Below, piece after piece: positions 5,624 to 9,496 of a stretch of 9,496 nt of DNA. Each line of letters starts with the position of its first letter. The first letter of the stretch is position 1. The notes below the pieces were generated by a model. It did no database searches. It was not told where the DNA came from and was given only the letters and a program-made list of their open reading frames with translations. The translations under genes were made by a program, and so were the position numbers. Where the stretch lies: NCBI GenBank assembly GCA_964426185.1, contig CAYRPF010000098.1, positions 1 through 9,496 of the forward strand, written 5' to 3'. This DNA is from an uncultured archaeon. Its GTDB lineage: Archaea; Asgardarchaeota; Lokiarchaeia; Sigyniarchaeales; Promethearchaeaceae.

Positions 5624-8600
5624 ATGCTAGTTATGCAAAAGTGTAGTATTCCATATGAACGAATATTTCCCATGTTCAGCGTAATTTTTCTTTTCATCAT
5701 ACTTAGCAATACCACAAATACCCAAAACTTAAATTTCATGGAAGAATGGGGTGATTTAACTCAATTTCATCAACCAGAAATCCAACAAAGCTGGAGCTTA
5801 AGTCCCATTCAAATCGACGATGTGGCTACCGGAGCTGGCGCGCATAATTGGAGTTGGGCGGTGTCGCAGGACTGGTGTCGCGGGGCTGGAACACTCATGG
5901 ATCCTTATATTATTGAAAATGTATCCATAGATGCTGCCAACGGGGCTTATGGAATTTCCATCAGTAATTCGATTAAGCACTTCATTATCCGTAACTGTTC
6001 AATTTCAAATGCTGGTAGTAGCACCTGGTATGCTGGTATATATATATACAACGTTTCTAATGGGATAATCACCGAAAATTCTCTTGTAGATAACGAAAAA
6101 GGTATTATTTTGAGGTACTTTTGTGAAAACAACACCTTATCTTGGAATAATATTACCGGAAAAACCCTATCCGGCTCGGATTATGGAATTTATATATACT
6201 ATTATGGTCAATACAACTCCATTTATGAGAATCGCATCGATTATGTCGGTTACGGCGTGTATATTTCAGGAACCAGCACCTATAATAATATTTCCTTTAA
6301 TTGGTTCGACACCATCTCATATTACCCTATTTATATTGCTTCAGCGAGCCATTATACCGTAATTAACCAAAACCAAATTCAAACAGGGGATCATCATGGT
6401 ATTTATATAGATAACGCTCAGTATTGCAACCTCACCTTCAATCAGATCTCCTCTATGCAAGAAAACGGGATATACCTCGCAAATGGGGCGGATTATACTA
6501 ACCTCACTGGAAATACTCTTGCCACAATTAATAACTTAGGAATTCGGATTGATAATTCCATGAACTGTTTTCTGACAGATAACACTATGACCAAGTCAGG
6601 AATTGGTTCGGGTATTGGAATTCGGGTCACCAGTAATATTATAACGGATTATTTTCACCAAATTTCCCCCAGTAACACCCTCGATGGCAAACCTATCTAC
6701 TATTATCGGGATCAAATTGACTTAGATGCTCTAAATTTTACAAACGCGGCTCAGATATACTTAATTAATTGCTCCTTTTCCAAGATCGCCAATTTTTCCT
6801 TTTCAAATACTGCCTATGGTTTACTGATGGCAAACTGCTCCTACATTACCGTTAATAATAACTCTTTTACCTCCCATTTCTTTGATGGTTTGTTTCTGTA
6901 CGATGTCAAGAATTCAAATCTTACCGATAACCAAATTTTCTCAAATCACCGCAATGGGTTAAACATTATATATTATTCCAACGAAATTTTTGCTGTAAAT
7001 AATACTATCACTTATAACGATGAAAATGGGGTGTATATCTCTTCATATTGTGATGGTATAACCCTCTACAATAATAGTATCAGTAGAAACACTCTGGATG
7101 GTCTTTACATCAATGATAATTGCTTACGTGTCAATGCCTCATACAATAATATTAGATACAATGAGCAAGATGGGTTAGATCTGGGTTCCTACTCGGATTA
7201 TTTCATATGTAGTTATAATCAAATTCATCACAATTTATACAACGGATTATATATACGCTCTTACACGGATTATGCTGATATCTTACATAATAATATATCC
7301 GATAATTCCAGATATGGGCTTTATATTAACAATCGGGTGCAGTATTCCAATTTCACTCATAATACTTTATTTCGCAACGGTCTATCGGGAAATTACTATG
7401 GGATGTATATGATCAGCGATAGCAATTTTAACCGCATTACCAACAATATTTTTAAGTATAATCAGAAATATGGGCTTTATTTATCTTCCTGCGAATCCAC
7501 CATCATTAAAGATAATCAATTTAACAGCACGGGTTTTGGTATCTATGGAAACTATGATTTGGAATTCGAGCATTATGTAAACACGAATAACTCTTTTGAT
7601 GGAGGCTGGATATATTATTATCTAAATATGAAAAACCTCCGCACTACTGATTTTGAAGCTGCAAAGCAGATATATTTAATTAGCTGTGATGGGGCTTCAA
7701 TTTTCGATATTTCAATCATTAATCAACAATACGGCTTATTTCTGTGGAATTCTTCCCATATTATTGTTAACACTGCCAATTTAACCTTCAGTCATGAAAA
7801 ATCCATCTATATGCGACGTTCTTCCAACAACAGCATCATTCTCGCCGATTGTAGGTGGTATGGTAATAATTATGCCTTACATATGGATCAAGATTGTTCT
7901 GATAATTATTTCAGTCAGTGTAATTTTTCTGAAACTCAAACCGCATATGGATATGGGACCTTTATGACTACGAATTGCGAACGGAACACTTTTTATAACA
8001 ACACTTTTATCAAGAACGGGGATAGAAACATTTACTTGACTTCTACCTGTAATTTGAATAATTTCACCCTAAATATCATAAAAAATGCCCGCCGTTATGA
8101 GGGAATTTACATTGGTGGTAATTCTAACTATAATCTATTCCAAGATAACATCATTCAAGATAATCCCCGGAGTGGGATATTCATTACTGGTAGTTCATTC
8201 AACGAAATATTGGATAATAATATCACTAACAACGGCCAATCTGGATATCCTGGATTATATATCTATAACAATGCCCTCAACACAACTATCAGCGGGAATA
8301 ATGTAATTGATAACTACGGGCACGGAATTGTTATACATACAGGATGTCACAATGCCAGAATTGTTAATAATAATTGTTCTTTGAACGGGGGTTCATCTAG
8401 TTACGGATACGGATTTTGGATCAATAATAATTGTGACAATTTTACCCTTCGAGATAATACTGCTCTAAATAATCGAAAATCGGGTATATATATTTCCGCA
8501 AACTGCCAAAATGGCTTAATCATTAGAAATAATGCTTCATACAACCAAAAAAATGGAATGTTTATGCAAGATAATTGTAACTATTTGGAAATTTTGGATA

Positions 8601-9496
8601 ACATTTTTAATTTTAACTACCAACACGGTTTATCAATGCTGGATTACTGCGATAACATCTTGATCGAAAATAACCGAATGGTAAATAACTCTGATCACGG
8701 TATGTATTTCGAAACATTTTGCGATGCGAATGTTGTAATCAATAACACCATATCGAATAACACCGCGGTGGGAATCGGCTTTTACTCCCTAACTAACGCC
8801 AATCTCATTTTTTTCAATAATTTCACGAATAATGGGTTTCATGCCATCGATAACGGATTAGTTAATAACTGGGATAATTCTTCGCATGGAAATTATTGGG
8901 ATAATTACACTGGAAGAGATTTAGATGATGATTTAATTGGAGATATCGAGTGGGTTATCGTAGGTAGTGCTAATGCTATTGATCATTTTCCGCTGTGGGA
9001 TGATGAATTAGATTTACAGCCATTGCCTGATTTGTCTTCTCCTTTTGATATTGAATACTTTTTTGGAGATATCGGAAATAATGTTACTTGGATTGCAAAT
9101 ACCACTTTCCCAGATAGTTATATTATCACCCGAAACGGAACGATAATTATTACAGGGGCGTGGTTTAATTTTGTTCCAATTACTATCAATGTTGATGCTC
9201 TCTCGGTTGGAATTTACGTTTACAACTGCACCGTTAATACTACCAGAGGTGATTGGATCAGCGATGAAGTGTTAGTTTCAGTAAAAAGAACCCATCCGCT
9301 GATTTCTTCTCCTGAAGATCAAGAAATTCTGGTCAGCGATGATTCACACGATATAATTTGGATAGGGGATGCTCCGTTTCCTGATGTAGTCATTATCCGT
9401 CAAGATGGGGTCGAAATTTATCGAGGTTTTTGGATTTCTAATTCTCCAATTATAGTGAACTTAACTGGGCTTCTTCCCGGTAATTACATCTTTGAA
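5624..9496 (+). CDS. Large secreted/cell-surface protein: right-handed parallel beta-helix (NosD/CASH-like) repeats followed by Ig-like repeats; partial, more than 1291 aa
   Basis: Manual translation of frame +2 has no stop from the TGA at 5555-5557 to the window end. It shows a hydrophobic N-terminal segment (PMFSVIFLFIILS), an N-cap (WCRGAGTLMDPYIIEN), dozens of GIY(I/L)...N..I..N rungs, a NosD-type C-cap (GNYWDNYTGRDLDDDLIGD...DHFPL, about 8888-8995) and then 90-aa beta-sandwich repeats. The start may be ATG 5624 or ATG 5633. Confidence 0.93.
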   Translation, partial: MLVMQKCSIPYERIFPMFSVIFLFIILSNTTNTQNLNFMEEWGDLTQFHQPEIQQSWSLSPIQIDDVATGAGAHNWSWAVSQDWCRGAGTLMDPYIIENVSIDAANGAYGISISNSIKHFIIRNCSISNAGSSTWYAGIYIYNVSNGIITENSLVDNEKGIILRYFCENNTLSWNNITGKTLSGSDYGIYIYYYGQYNSIYENRIDYVGYGVYISGTSTYNNISFNWFDTISYYPIYIASASHYTVINQNQIQTGDHHGIYIDNAQYCNLTFNQISSMQENGIYLANGADYTNLTGNTLATINNLGIRIDNSMNCFLTDNTMTKSGIGSGIGIRVTSNIITDYFHQISPSNTLDGKPIYYYRDQIDLDALNFTNAAQIYLINCSFSKIANFSFSNTAYGLLMANCSYITVNNNSFTSHFFDGLFLYDVKNSNLTDNQIFSNHRNGLNIIYYSNEIFAVNNTITYNDENGVYISSYCDGITLYNNSISRNTLDGLYINDNCLRVNASYNNIRYNEQDGLDLGSYSDYFICSYNQIHHNLYNGLYIRSYTDYADILHNNISDNSRYGLYINNRVQYSNFTHNTLFRNGLSGNYYGMYMISDSNFNRITNNIFKYNQKYGLYLSSCESTIIKDNQFNSTGFGIYGNYDLEFEHYVNTNNSFDGGWIYYYLNMKNLRTTDFEAAKQIYLISCDGASIFDISIINQQYGLFLWNSSHIIVNTANLTFSHEKSIYMRRSSNNSIILADCRWYGNNYALHMDQDCSDNYFSQCNFSETQTAYGYGTFMTTNCERNTFYNNTFIKNGDRNIYLTSTCNLNNFTLNIIKNARRYEGIYIGGNSNYNLFQDNIIQDNPRSGIFITGSSFNEILDNNITNNGQSGYPGLYIYNNALNTTISGNNVIDNYGHGIVIHTGCHNARIVNNNCSLNGGSSSYGYGFWINNNCDNFTLRDNTALNNRKSGIYISANCQNGLIIRNNASYNQKNGMFMQDNCNYLEILDNIFNFNYQHGLSMLDYCDNILIENNRMVNNSDHGMYFETFCDANVVINNTISNNTAVGIGFYSLTNANLIFFNNFTNNGFHAIDNGLVNNWDNSSHGNYWDNYTGRDLDDDLIGDIEWVIVGSANAIDHFPLWDDELDLQPLPDLSSPFDIEYFFGDIGNNVTWIANTTFPDSYIITRNGTIIITGAWFNFVPITINVDALSVGIYVYNCTVNTTRGDWISDEVLVSVKRTHPLISSPEDQEILVSDDSHDIIWIGDAPFPDVVIIRQDGVEIYRGFWISNSPIIVNLTGLLPGNYIFE
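9023..9496 (+). repeat. Tandem ~90-aa Ig-like domain repeats (1 complete, 1 partial)
   Basis: SSPFD..VTW..FPDSYIITRNG..GAW..PITINVDALSVGIY aligns with SSPED..IIW..FPDVVIIRQDG..GFW..PIIVNLTGLLPGNY. The SSP motifs start at 9035 and 9305, a 270-nt period. Confidence 0.8.

Noticed and set aside
5798-8306. Short track ORFs 5798-5980, 5947-6135, 6123-6362 and 8085-8306
   Set aside because: All are alternative-frame or antisense ORFs inside the continuous 5624->9496 reading frame.

Overview
AT-rich chromosomal window from an archaeon, probably an Asgard/Lokiarchaeia-like lineage. That assignment is an inference from the BHB-intron tRNA, a PP1-like phosphatase and the style of the large surface protein. 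Gene order: HAD-IIA (NagD-like) hydrolase on the minus strand, running off the left edge and missed by the ORF track; a 187-aa hypothetical protein; a PPP-family Ser/Thr phosphatase; hisS (minus); a DUF1624/HGSNAT-like membrane acyltransferase; an intron-containing tRNA-His(GUG) (minus); and a secreted beta-helix (NosD-like) plus Ig-like repeat protein of more than 1291 aa, running off the right edge and also missed by the ORF track. The most interesting signal is an apparently co-evolved, non-canonical HisRS/tRNA-His pair about 1.4 kb apart. The tRNA has no encoded G-1, has A73 instead of C73, has an A1:U72 first pair like archaeal tRNA-Gln, and lacks the D-loop GG. The HisRS motif-2 loop reads RYDEPAPGR rather than the prokaryotic RxExPQxGR, so it has the Asp/Ala pattern of A73-reading eukaryotic enzymes. 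No database searches were run; family assignments come from motifs recognised by eye.
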